Below, piece by piece: positions 9,874-17,958 of a stretch of 64,000 bases of DNA. The notes beneath the pieces were generated by a model. It did not search any database, had not been told where the DNA came from, and saw only the letters and a program-made list of their open reading frames with translations. The stretch comes from Clostridium sp. (GTDB lineage: Bacteria; Bacillota; Clostridia; Oscillospirales; Acutalibacteraceae): positions 159,098-223,097 of the forward strand of contig JAISSW010000016.1 in NCBI GenBank assembly GCA_031272895.1, read 5' to 3'. The position numbers and the translations under genes were made by a program. The first letter of the stretch is position 1. Every line of letters starts with the position of its first letter.

Positions 9874-10017
9874 TTACACTTCGCCGGTGCCCCAGTGGAA
9901 CGGCCAACCAAGCACAACTTCCAACCACTCAACAAGAATGGTGTAGAGGTGTTCAAAGGTCCAGCCGGAAGCCCAGCTGAAGAAGTCCGCAAACGCTTGT
10001 GTGAACGCTTCGCCCAT
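9874..10017 (-). CDS. Small 47-aa acidic, Trp/Phe-rich protein of unknown function (below the ORF-track length cutoff)
   Basis: Codon-by-codon translation gives MGEAFTQAFADFFSWASGWTFEHLYTILVEWLEVVLGWPFHWGTGEV followed by a stop. The RBS AAAGGAGG lies 8 nt upstream. It has its own promoter (10063-10091) and a terminator (9822-9858). Confidence 0.55.
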   Translation of the reverse strand: MGEAFTQAFADFFSWASGWTFEHLYTILVEWLEVVLGWPFHWGTGEV

Positions 10018-10062
10018 GAGAGTAGCCTCCTTTGTAATGTTATCAGCTTTCGCTACAAGTTA

Positions 10063-10091
10063 ACTATATCACAATCGGCAAAAGATTGCAA
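10063..10091 (-). promoter_or_regulatory. Sigma-A type promoter for the 47-aa ORF (TTGCAA-17 bp-TATAGT, with TG extension)
   Basis: On the minus strand the sequence reads TTGCAAtcttttgccgattgtgaTATAGT. The -10 element ends about 45 nt upstream of the ATG at 10017. Confidence 0.5.
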
Positions 10092-10178
10092 GGGTTTTTT
10101 TGAAATTACAGCCAAAAATGAACAACAATTTTGTAACCACCCGTTTTTTGCCTGTTTCGCCGCCATAAGCTGATTAGC

Positions 10179-12326
10179 CTACGCCCGCTTTTTGGTTTTT
10201 GTTTCCTTTGCCCGTTTTTCCGCATATCCGCAGCCCTCGTTAAGGCAAAGCGCCAAGCTTCCCTTTTTTTGGAAGAAAAGCGCCTTTCCGCACTCGGGGC
10301 ATACCTCGCCCGGCAGCGGCTCGTTCCAGGTCACAAAATCGCAGCCCTCATTGCGGGGCTTCCAGTTTTCGCAACCAAAGAACACCCTGCCCTTTTTGCT
10401 TGTGCGCTGCAGCAGCATACCGCCGCATTTCGGGCACGGCACTCCCGTTTCCACCCTTGGCGGCTTAATTGGCTTTGCGTTGCTGCACTCAGGGTATGCG
10501 CTGCAGGAGAGGAAACGCCCAAAGCGTCCGTGCTTAATTATCATGGGCTTGCCGCAAAGCTCGCAGACTTGGTCTGTTTTGTCCTCCTCCAGCAGGATTT
10601 TTACATCCTTCATATCCGCCTTTGCCTTGGCAAGCGTATCCATAAAGTCGCCGTAAAAGCCTTGGAGCATATTGGGGTAGCTTTCCTTGCCCAAGGCTAT
10701 GTCGTCCAGCTCTCTTTCCATTCCGGCGGTGAATTTGGTGTCTACAATCTTCGGGAAGCGCTCCTTTAACAGCCTCGTGCTGACCTCCCCCGCCTCCGTT
10801 GGGCTGAGCGCCTTGCTTTGGCGCGTAACATAGCCGCGCTTTTGTATTGTGCTCATAATAGAGGCATATGTGCTTGGGCGCCCTATGCCGTTTTCCTCCA
10901 GCGCCTTTATTAGCGTCGCCTCGGTGTAGCGTGCGGGCGGCTCCGTGAAGTGCTGCGCGGGCAGCAATTCCCTGCACTTTACCCTTTCGCCCTCAGTAAG
11001 CGGGGGCAGCATTTTGCCTCCCTCGTCGTCGCCCTGCGGCAGGACGTACAGCTTGGTGAAGCCGTCAAACTTAACATCATAGCCTGACGCGTTGAAAAGC
11101 ACATATTTGCCCGCCGCGTCCTCAGGCTTTGCGGCGCAGATTTCGGCTTTTATGGTGTTCTGCACACATTCCGCCATTTGGGAGGCAATAAAGCGCTTCC
11201 AAATAAGCGTATACAGCTTGAGCTGGTCCGCGGAAAGTGAAGTCTTAATGCTCTCGGGACTGCGGGCGGGGTTTGTGGGTCGGATTGCCTCGTGACCGTC
11301 CTGCGCGCCCGAACGTGAGCGGAACACGCGGGGCTTGGAGGGCACATACTTTCCGCCGTATTCCGCCCTTATGAATGCCGCCGCGCCCTCAAGCGCTTCC
11401 TGGCTTATCCTCAGCGAGTCCGTGCGCATATAGGTAATAAGACCCGTGCTCCCTTGCCCATGCAGGTTAACGCCCTCGTAAAGCTCCTGCGCAACGCGCA
11501 TGGTGCGCTGCGACTGGAAGCCCAGCTTTGCGCTTGCCTCCTGCTGCAATGTAGAGGTTGTGAACGGCGGCGCGGGGGATTTCTTGCGCGTACCCTTTTT
11601 TACGCTGCGGACTGTATATTCTGCGCCGTCAAGCCGCTCAAGGTACTTGTCGGTCTGCGGCTTATCCTTTAGCTTTACCTTGCCTGTTTCGTCGCCGGCA
11701 AACGACGCTATGAACAGCTTTTTGCCGCTGTTGGCAAGCTTTGCGTCCAAGCTCCAGTATTCCTGCGGCACAAAGGCGCGGATTTGCTCCTCCCGGTCAA
11801 CAATCATGCGCACGGCGATGGATTGCACCCTGCCCGCGGAAAGCCCACGGCGTATTTTGCTTGCCACAAAGGGGCTGAGCTTGTAACCTACGATACGGTC
11901 CAGCAGGCGGCGACCCTGCTGCGCATTAACAAGGTCCATATCTATCGTCCGCGGCGCCTCCATTCCTGCGCTGACGCCGCTTTTTGTAATCTCATTAAAG
12001 GTGACGCGCGTCGGCTCGTTCTCCGGCAGGGAGAATATTTGCGCCAAATGCCAGGCAATCGCCTCTCCCTCGCGGTCAGGGTCCGTTGCAAGGTAAACCT
12101 TATCCGCCTTTTTTACCAGCTTTTTCAGCTCGTCAACCCGCTTTTCCTTGTCCTCCGGTATAACATACTTAGGCAAAAAGCCCTTTTTTACGTCTATTGC
12201 AAGTCCTCCGCCTTTAACGGGCAAATCGCGCACATGACCGTAGCTTGCCGCTACCTCGTAGCCGGCTCCCAAATACTTCTGGATTGTTTTAGCCTTTGCA
12301 GGCGACTCAACAATAACTAAATCCAT
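10179..12326 (-). CDS. topA: DNA topoisomerase I
   Basis: 715 aa with a TOPRIM N-terminus (MDLVIVESPAKAKTIQKYLG ... DPDREGEAIAWH). The active-site region is GLITYMRTDS. C-terminal Cys4 zinc ribbons are present (CELCGKPM...CSAYPEC, CPKCGG..., CPECGK...). Confidence 0.95.
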   Translation of the reverse strand: MDLVIVESPAKAKTIQKYLGAGYEVAASYGHVRDLPVKGGGLAIDVKKGFLPKYVIPEDKEKRVDELKKLVKKADKVYLATDPDREGEAIAWHLAQIFSLPENEPTRVTFNEITKSGVSAGMEAPRTIDMDLVNAQQGRRLLDRIVGYKLSPFVASKIRRGLSAGRVQSIAVRMIVDREEQIRAFVPQEYWSLDAKLANSGKKLFIASFAGDETGKVKLKDKPQTDKYLERLDGAEYTVRSVKKGTRKKSPAPPFTTSTLQQEASAKLGFQSQRTMRVAQELYEGVNLHGQGSTGLITYMRTDSLRISQEALEGAAAFIRAEYGGKYVPSKPRVFRSRSGAQDGHEAIRPTNPARSPESIKTSLSADQLKLYTLIWKRFIASQMAECVQNTIKAEICAAKPEDAAGKYVLFNASGYDVKFDGFTKLYVLPQGDDEGGKMLPPLTEGERVKCRELLPAQHFTEPPARYTEATLIKALEENGIGRPSTYASIMSTIQKRGYVTRQSKALSPTEAGEVSTRLLKERFPKIVDTKFTAGMERELDDIALGKESYPNMLQGFYGDFMDTLAKAKADMKDVKILLEEDKTDQVCELCGKPMIIKHGRFGRFLSCSAYPECSNAKPIKPPRVETGVPCPKCGGMLLQRTSKKGRVFFGCENWKPRNEGCDFVTWNEPLPGEVCPECGKALFFQKKGSLALCLNEGCGYAEKRAKETKTKKRA

Positions 12327-12346
12327 TTTTCTCCCCCGTACTCCCT

Positions 12347-14071
12347 TTACTTAAAGACCCTTGCGTGCGTAGCGTCGCCTGCCGTGGCAAGAAGCTGATT
12401 CGCCACGCCGTCCTTTAGCTTTATCCCTTCAAATATGAATATTCCGCCGCCCTTTTGTGTGCCCGCCTTTTTGCCGTTAACGCTCAGCGTAACCTCCGCG
12501 GCGTTTGAGTAGACCGTGACCCTTTTTGGGTGGGCGGGGTCCGCAGCGGCAATACGCACGAAGCTTGGCGCAGGCGGCAGGTTGGATTGCGGAGTATGTG
12601 CTTTTGCGGCAGCCCCTTCGCCGTCCTTTGCTGCAGGGCTAACGCTCCACGCCGCGCGCAAAAGGTAATATGCATCCTCAGGCTCGTTTTTGGCGGAAAG
12701 CAGCGCAGCCTTGTTGTTTTCCTCGTATAGCCTTGCCGCGCCGAAAACCCCGCACCACGGGCGAATGCTCAGCGCCTTTATGAAGTCCGCGTCAATTATA
12801 CCCTTGGTTTGAGCAACGCCCAAAATAAGCTTGGGCTTTTTTGCGCGCAGCTTGTCCAGCGCGTCCCAATCCGACTTGCTTTGTATGCACACCGCCGCGC
12901 CGTCGCCTATTTGCTCGCCGCTGCCGCGAAGCTCCTCAAGGCTGCGATTGAGCAGGATAATCGGGCGGCTATCCGCGTGGCGCACAAGCTCGCAAAGGGC
13001 TCGCAGGCTGCTGTCGTCCTCTCCGTCCGCGTCGATAGCCCAACCGGCAATGCAGGCACGGTTAATCAGGCGGAAAACAAGCTTTTTGGCGGCGTCAAGC
13101 CCGTCCTTGCGGTTTTTGAAGCCCTTAAGTCCGCCAAGCGTTTGGAAAACCCTCAGCCCGGCGGCGTCGCAGGCGGAGTAGTAGGCTTCGCGTTCGGGCG
13201 TTCCCGTCAAGGTTATTGTGTCCGCCCCCAAGCCGCGCAAAAGCGCAATCTCCTTTTCCGGCTCAAGCGCCGCCTCAAAGGCTCCGCCGTGGCGCAGCAC
13301 ACCGTGCAGCGGCATATTTACGCCGTTCCACAAGGCTTCGTTCGGCGTCAGCTTTAGGGCACGCACACCAAAGGGAACATCAACCGTATCAAGGTGGGTG
13401 CCGTCCTGGTGGTTAAGTATTGCCCGCAGAGTGTAAAGGAAAGGGTCGCCGTAAGACCAGAGCCTTGGGCGCGGTATGGCAAACTCCGCGGCGGGCACCG
13501 CAACCGGCACCGAAACACGCGGACCTCCGATTGCGAAGCTGATTTTTTGCCCCTCGGCGGGCTTTTGTACGGCAGCGCTGACCTTAACCTTTGCGGACCC
13601 GTTTTCGCCGAACTCCGTGGCTATGCTAACCCCCAATTCGCCCTTTGAATCAAAGGAAAAATGGCTTTGCGGCAGGGAATACAGCGAAATTCCGCGCGGA
13701 AAGCCGCCCACCGCCTTGTCCTCCGCCCCGCGGAACCGGAACGAAATCATCAAGGCTCTTCCACGCTTGTGGTACTGCGTCAGCTCTACCATGTGAACCA
13801 TTCCCGCCCGCAGCTTCTCTATTTCGTATGCGCCAACAAAAACGCGGCAGTTTGCGCCCGGGGAATCCACACGCAGGTAAAGCCGCTCGCCCGGCATACG
13901 CTCAAGCTGCAGCGCCTTGCAATACCAGTAACGCCCCGGAAAGCCCTCCTCCGGGCGGTGCGGCAGCTCAACCTCCTGCCACGTCTTATCCCTAAAACGC
14001 GGCGGGCGGCGGTTTGGCGTGTCCGCAGGCAGATAGAACCAACGCTCGTTTAGTTGTGTCACAGAACGCAT
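12347..14071 (-). CDS. Glycoside hydrolase family 2-like protein (574 aa), possibly with a degenerate catalytic motif
   Basis: Internal ATG at 14071 (MRSVTQLNERWFY..., RBS AGAGGGGA). The first 54 codons of track ORF 12347..14233 are Cys/Phe-rich junk. The GH2 layout is visible: a sugar-binding N-domain (DKTWQEVELPH, LYLRVDSPGANCRVFVG), then LWSYGDPFLYTL, FGVRALKL, and a C-terminal VTVYSNAAEVTLSVNGKKAG. Confidence 0.55.
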   Translation of the reverse strand: MRSVTQLNERWFYLPADTPNRRPPRFRDKTWQEVELPHRPEEGFPGRYWYCKALQLERMPGERLYLRVDSPGANCRVFVGAYEIEKLRAGMVHMVELTQYHKRGRALMISFRFRGAEDKAVGGFPRGISLYSLPQSHFSFDSKGELGVSIATEFGENGSAKVKVSAAVQKPAEGQKISFAIGGPRVSVPVAVPAAEFAIPRPRLWSYGDPFLYTLRAILNHQDGTHLDTVDVPFGVRALKLTPNEALWNGVNMPLHGVLRHGGAFEAALEPEKEIALLRGLGADTITLTGTPEREAYYSACDAAGLRVFQTLGGLKGFKNRKDGLDAAKKLVFRLINRACIAGWAIDADGEDDSSLRALCELVRHADSRPIILLNRSLEELRGSGEQIGDGAAVCIQSKSDWDALDKLRAKKPKLILGVAQTKGIIDADFIKALSIRPWCGVFGAARLYEENNKAALLSAKNEPEDAYYLLRAAWSVSPAAKDGEGAAAKAHTPQSNLPPAPSFVRIAAADPAHPKRVTVYSNAAEVTLSVNGKKAGTQKGGGIFIFEGIKLKDGVANQLLATAGDATHARVFK

Positions 14072-14249
14072 TGGCGTTATTCCCCTCTTTAATAAAGTAT
14101 TGGGTAAGCAAAAGCAAACAAAGCCGTAGCAACACGGCGTTACAATAGGATAACATAATTTTGAAAATATTGCAAGGGCGGCGGCAAGGCACTTTACAAA
14201 ATGAGTGAAAACGTGTATACTAAAGCAAAACATAATCCGGGGGAAAACA

Positions 14250-14912
14250 ATGAAAGAAAAGCTTTACAAAATCATCACAGCCGGTCTTTCGCTTGGCGGC
14301 GTTGCCGCGCTTCTGCTGCTGCCCATTGCGCGTTTTGCGGCGAATGTCAGCGCCGTGCTTATCGGCGACATAAGCGCGGACTTCAAAATTAACGCGCTGT
14401 GGATTTTTCGCCTGATTAAGGATAAGCAGACCGGGGTTGACAGCTTGGACAGCCTGCTGAGCGGCGAAACCCTAAGCGGGGCAAGCATTTGGGAGAACCT
14501 TGGCGAAATCCGCGTGAGGCTGATTATCTTTGCCACGGCGGTAGCCCTCTGCCTGCTGCTTGCCGTTGCGGTGGCGGTGTTGGTGCTGGTACTCAAAAAG
14601 AGCAAGGGAGTTATTTTACCCTTAAGCGCGGCGGGCTTTTTCAGCGCCGTTACGGCAAGCGCCGCGTTTTCCTCTGTGTCGGCGCCGTTTTTGAGCGGCA
14701 AAACCTCCCTGAGCGATGTTTTGGGCAGTCTTGCCAGCCTTGCCAGCATAGAGATACAGCGTTTCAGCCTTGGGAGCGCCGTTACGCTGGTGCTGGTGCT
14801 GTTTGTCTTGATTTTTGTCGCCTGCGCGGCGTTTATGCTTGCTGATTTTATTGCGGCTAACTCCAAGCCGAAGAAAAAAAAGAAAAAGCCCGCCGCGGCA
14901 AAGAAAAAATAA
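14250..14912 (+). CDS. Membrane protein of unknown function with a poly-lysine C-terminal tail
   Basis: ATG at 14250 (MKEKLYKIITAG..., RBS GGGGGA). There are about 4 hydrophobic segments. The protein ends in KPKKKKKKPAAAKKK. Confidence 0.55.
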   Translation: MKEKLYKIITAGLSLGGVAALLLLPIARFAANVSAVLIGDISADFKINALWIFRLIKDKQTGVDSLDSLLSGETLSGASIWENLGEIRVRLIIFATAVALCLLLAVAVAVLVLVLKKSKGVILPLSAAGFFSAVTASAAFSSVSAPFLSGKTSLSDVLGSLASLASIEIQRFSLGSAVTLVLVLFVLIFVACAAFMLADFIAANSKPKKKKKKPAAAKKK

Positions 14913-14963
14913 AGGCCTTGCGCGGCTTAATTCCTGCCCCGGGGCAGCTTGGGAGGTAACGAG

Positions 14964-15389
14964 ATGAAATACACAAAATCAGGCGACACATATATTCTGC
15001 GGGCTGACGTTGGCGAGGAGGTCTGCACCTGTGTGCTGGAGCTTGCGCGCAGCGAGGGCATAAGCCTTGCGGAAATCAGCGGGTTGGGGGCTGCGTCCTC
15101 GGCAAGCGTTGGCATATATGACGTTGCGCAGCGCAAATACACACAGGTCGGTGCGGCTGAATACCCGCTTGAGGCGATTTCCCTGACGGGCAACATCACC
15201 CTCAAGGACGGCGCTCCCTACCTACATATGCACGCGCTGCTGGCAAACCCCGTGACCGGCACCGTGCTGGCAGGTCACCTCAACGAATTTATTGTCGGCG
15301 CCACGGCGGAGCTGTTTATTCGCTCCCTGCCGGGCAGCATCGACCGCATGGTTTGCCCTAAAACAGGACTTAACATAATGAAGCTGTAG
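14964..15389 (+). CDS. PPC (DUF296) domain protein
   Basis: Starts MKYTKSGDTYILRADVGEEVCTCVLELARSEGISLAEISGLGAASSASVG and later reads GNITLKDGAPYLHMHALL. This resembles the PPC/DUF296 fold signature. RBS GGGAGG. Confidence 0.55.
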   Translation: MKYTKSGDTYILRADVGEEVCTCVLELARSEGISLAEISGLGAASSASVGIYDVAQRKYTQVGAAEYPLEAISLTGNITLKDGAPYLHMHALLANPVTGTVLAGHLNEFIVGATAELFIRSLPGSIDRMVCPKTGLNIMKL

Positions 15390-15424
15390 CTCGTACCCGC
15401 TGTTGCAAACAGTTGAGCAAAAAA

Positions 15425-15457
15425 CGCTATGCTTTACGAGCATAGCGCTTTTGTTTT
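15425..15457. terminator. Bidirectional intrinsic terminator between convergent genes
   Basis: Stem CGCTATGCT/AGCATAGCG (9 bp) with loop TTACG, flanked by AAAA on the left and CTTTTGTTTTG on the right. Confidence 0.65.
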
Positions 15458-15483
15458 GTGACGGGCTGCTTGCGCAGGGTTCC

Positions 15484-16212
15484 TTAACCCCTATTGCGCA
15501 TGGAAGAGAGCAGGCTTTCGACGGCGCCGGGGTTTTGGGCAATGTATGAATCAGATATGGCTGTCAGGCAGTCATAAAGCGGCAAAAGCTTGATGTAATC
15601 ATCGCAAAGCCTTTTGGGGAAGGTCTGCTTTGCTAAGGCGGGAAAATCCGTCTTAGTGCGCAGGAAATATATCTCCTTTTTCAGCATAAAACGTAAAAGC
15701 TCCGGCGGCGCCTCGCCCGGCTTCGGCTTTTTGTATTCCTCCCCCGTAAGTAAAAACCCGGCTTTCTCCGCAGCGGCAATTGCGGGAATTGCACTGCCTG
15801 CGTTTTCAATCAGCCACGCCCGCCAATGCTCCGCAAACAGCGGCGGCTGGTACCAATAGCCCACGCCGGCGCCGTAGCCGCCCGGGTACACCTCGAACCA
15901 AAAGCAGGGGTGCAGCGGCCACTCCTTTTTGCCGCGCCCGACGGTAAGCCACACATGGTCGCGGTAAAGGGATTTATCCTTGGTGAAGCGTGTGTCCCTG
16001 CGTACACGGGACACCATTCGTGTTGGCATAACCTGCACAAGCGGGTCGTGCTCCAGCATAAGCTCACCCGCTGTTTGCGCAAGCTGCCGCATAGGCTCAA
16101 TCACCTGTGCGTTGATTTGCGCCTTATGCTCCTCGTAGTAATCGCGGCTGTCGCGCAGGCGGTTTTCCGCCAAAAGCAGCATTGCGTCCGCCGTTATACC
16201 CGAATAACCCAT
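15484..16212 (-). CDS. DUF2461 (TIGR02453) family protein
   Basis: 242 aa. The segments LLLAENRLRDSRDYYEEHKAQI and RVRRDTRFTKDKSLYRDHVW match the DUF2461 pattern as I remember it. RBS AGGAGG. Confidence 0.55.
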   Translation of the reverse strand: MGYSGITADAMLLLAENRLRDSRDYYEEHKAQINAQVIEPMRQLAQTAGELMLEHDPLVQVMPTRMVSRVRRDTRFTKDKSLYRDHVWLTVGRGKKEWPLHPCFWFEVYPGGYGAGVGYWYQPPLFAEHWRAWLIENAGSAIPAIAAAEKAGFLLTGEEYKKPKPGEAPPELLRFMLKKEIYFLRTKTDFPALAKQTFPKRLCDDYIKLLPLYDCLTAISDSYIAQNPGAVESLLSSMRNRG

Positions 16213-16224
16213 TGCCCGCTCCTC

Positions 16225-17472
16225 CTATCGCTTCACTTTCTGTACCTGCTCCGCCGCATTGAGTATTGCCGCCCTTGCGCTGTGGTAGTTAAGCCCGCCC
16301 TGGAACCAAACCGCATAAGGCTCACGCAGGGGCGCGTCCGCAGAAAGCTCTATGCTCGCGCCGCCTGTGAAGGTGCCCGCCGCCATAATAACCTTGCAGT
16401 CATAGCCGGGCATATCCCAAGGCTCCGGGGCAAGGTATGAGTCCACCGGCGACGCCGCCTGTATCCCGCGGCAAAAAGCAATCAGCCTCTCCTCGCAGCC
16501 CAAGCTTATGCTTTGCACAATGTCAAAGCGTTCCTCGTTGGGCGAGGGGGAAACACCATAGCCAAGTTCCTTAAACAGCGCGGAGGCAAACACTGCTGCC
16601 TTCAGCGCCTCACCCGTAACGTGCGGCGCATGAAACAGCCCCATGAACAGTTCCCTGTTGCCGCCAAGGCTTGCGCCCACCTCCCGCCCAAGGCCGGGGC
16701 AGCTCATTCGTGCCGCTGCAAGCTCAATCAAATCCTTGTTGCCGGCAAGGTAGCCGCCGCTTTTTGCCACGCCGCCGCCGGCGTTTTTAATCAGCGAACC
16801 GGCGACTATATCCGCGCCCACGGAGCAGGGCTCTTTCTCCTCCACAAACTCGCCGTAGCAGTTATCAACAAACAATACCGCGGCGCTGCACGAATGCACA
16901 AGCTCCGCCAGCCTGCCTATCTCCTCCACGCTGATTGCCCGCCGCAGGGTGTATCCCCGTGAGCGCTGGACATAAACCAGCCTTGGTTTTTTCTCCCTTA
17001 GCGCGGCGGTAATGGCGGGGTAATCAAAGCCCCCGTCCGCCAACAGCTCAAGCTGCTCGTATTCCACGCCAAAATCCTTTAGGCTGCCCTTGCCCTCCCT
17101 AAGACCAAGCACCGGCAGCAGGGTATCATAGGGCTGCCCGCTGACGCTGAGCATAAGGTCGCCGGGGCGCAAAATACCGAACAGCCCCGCCGCAATGGTA
17201 GCCGTGCCGCAGGCAAAGCTCTGCCGTATAAGCGCCTCCTGCGCCCCGAAGATTTTTGCGCACAGCCTGTCTAAGGTTTCCCTCCCCGCGTCGCCGTAGC
17301 CGTAGCCCGTGCTTTCGGCAAAGTGGCGGCTCTCCACGCGGCAATCCACAAAGGACTGCAAGACACGGCGCTGGTTTTGCTCGGTTACTCTCTCTATCCT
17401 CTCCAGCGCGGGAGCTGCCGCGGCTATCGCCCTTTGCTCCGCGGCGGTTATTTGCGAAGAAAAATTAAACAT
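16225..17472 (-). CDS. PLP-dependent methionine gamma-lyase-family protein (YnbB / aluminium-resistance protein type)
   Basis: I prefer the start MFNFSSQITAAEQRAI at 17472 (track GTG at 17514). The segment FAESTGYGYGDAGRETLDRLCAKIFGAQEALIRQSF resembles the YnbB family. Confidence 0.6.
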   Translation of the reverse strand: MFNFSSQITAAEQRAIAAAAPALERIERVTEQNQRRVLQSFVDCRVESRHFAESTGYGYGDAGRETLDRLCAKIFGAQEALIRQSFACGTATIAAGLFGILRPGDLMLSVSGQPYDTLLPVLGLREGKGSLKDFGVEYEQLELLADGGFDYPAITAALREKKPRLVYVQRSRGYTLRRAISVEEIGRLAELVHSCSAAVLFVDNCYGEFVEEKEPCSVGADIVAGSLIKNAGGGVAKSGGYLAGNKDLIELAAARMSCPGLGREVGASLGGNRELFMGLFHAPHVTGEALKAAVFASALFKELGYGVSPSPNEERFDIVQSISLGCEERLIAFCRGIQAASPVDSYLAPEPWDMPGYDCKVIMAAGTFTGGASIELSADAPLREPYAVWFQGGLNYHSARAAILNAAEQVQKVKR

Positions 17473-17553
17473 TGGAAGTCCTTTGTGTGTTTTTTTCGCT
17501 GCTAATTTTACCACTTTTTCGCCTTACTTTCAATAGAGGAACAAAATAGTCAC

Positions 17554-17582
17554 TTGTTATGGAACTAAGTTTGTGGTATACT
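17554..17582 (+). promoter_or_regulatory. Sigma-A type promoter for rsfS-guaA (TTGTTA-17 bp-TATACT with a TGTGG extension)
   Basis: TTGTTA at 17554-17559 and TATACT at 17577-17582 with a 17-bp spacer, 33 nt upstream of the rsfS ATG. Confidence 0.5.
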
Positions 17583-17614
17583 ATTAGCCATAAAATCAAA
17601 CCCAAGGAGGCTGC

Positions 17615-17947
17615 ATGGAACCCAAGGAGCTTGCGAAGGCTGTTATAAAGGCATTGGACGACAAAAAGGGAGTGGACATCCGCGCGCTGGCGGTTGGCGG
17701 ACTGACGATTGTTGCGGATTACTTCATCGTAGCCGGCGGAACCAGCGACACGCACATAAACGCCCTGAGCGAGGCTGTGCAGGACGAGCTTGCAAAGCTT
17801 GGTATTGAGCCGCGTCACACGGAGGGTCGCGCAAGCGGCTGGGTGGTGCTGGATTATGCGAGCGTACTGGTGCATATTTTCGGCGCGACGGAGAGGGAAT
17901 ACTACAACCTTGAGCGCCTCTTCCCGGACGCCGCCGTGCTTGTTTAA
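17615..17947 (+). CDS. rsfS: Ribosome silencing factor RsfS (iojap family)
   Basis: 110 aa. The segments LDDKKGVDIRALAV and ADYFIVAGGTSDTHINAL, followed by WVVLDYASVLVHIF, form the typical RsfS signature. Confidence 0.9.
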   Translation: MEPKELAKAVIKALDDKKGVDIRALAVGGLTIVADYFIVAGGTSDTHINALSEAVQDELAKLGIEPRHTEGRASGWVVLDYASVLVHIFGATEREYYNLERLFPDAAVLV

Positions 17948-17958
17948 GGAGGATTGAC

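Noticed and set aside
12347-14233. N-terminal extensions of track ORFs. Examples: 12347..14233, 30093..31337, 46364..47227, 41383..42918, 38321..40126, 14205..14912, 14949..15389.
   Set aside because: In each case an internal ATG with a good Shine-Dalgarno sequence coincides with the start of recognisable homology. The upstream part overlaps a neighbouring gene or a promoter.
14868-14912. Poly-lysine tails (KPKKKKKKPAAAKKK here; HGKKKKRKKR at the end of the Lgt-like protein, 19770-19800) and the underlying A-runs, considered as slippage-prone sites.
   Set aside because: The A-runs are short (8 or fewer) and interrupted. Basic cytoplasmic tails on membrane proteins are common. The observation is kept only as descriptive evidence in the feature table.
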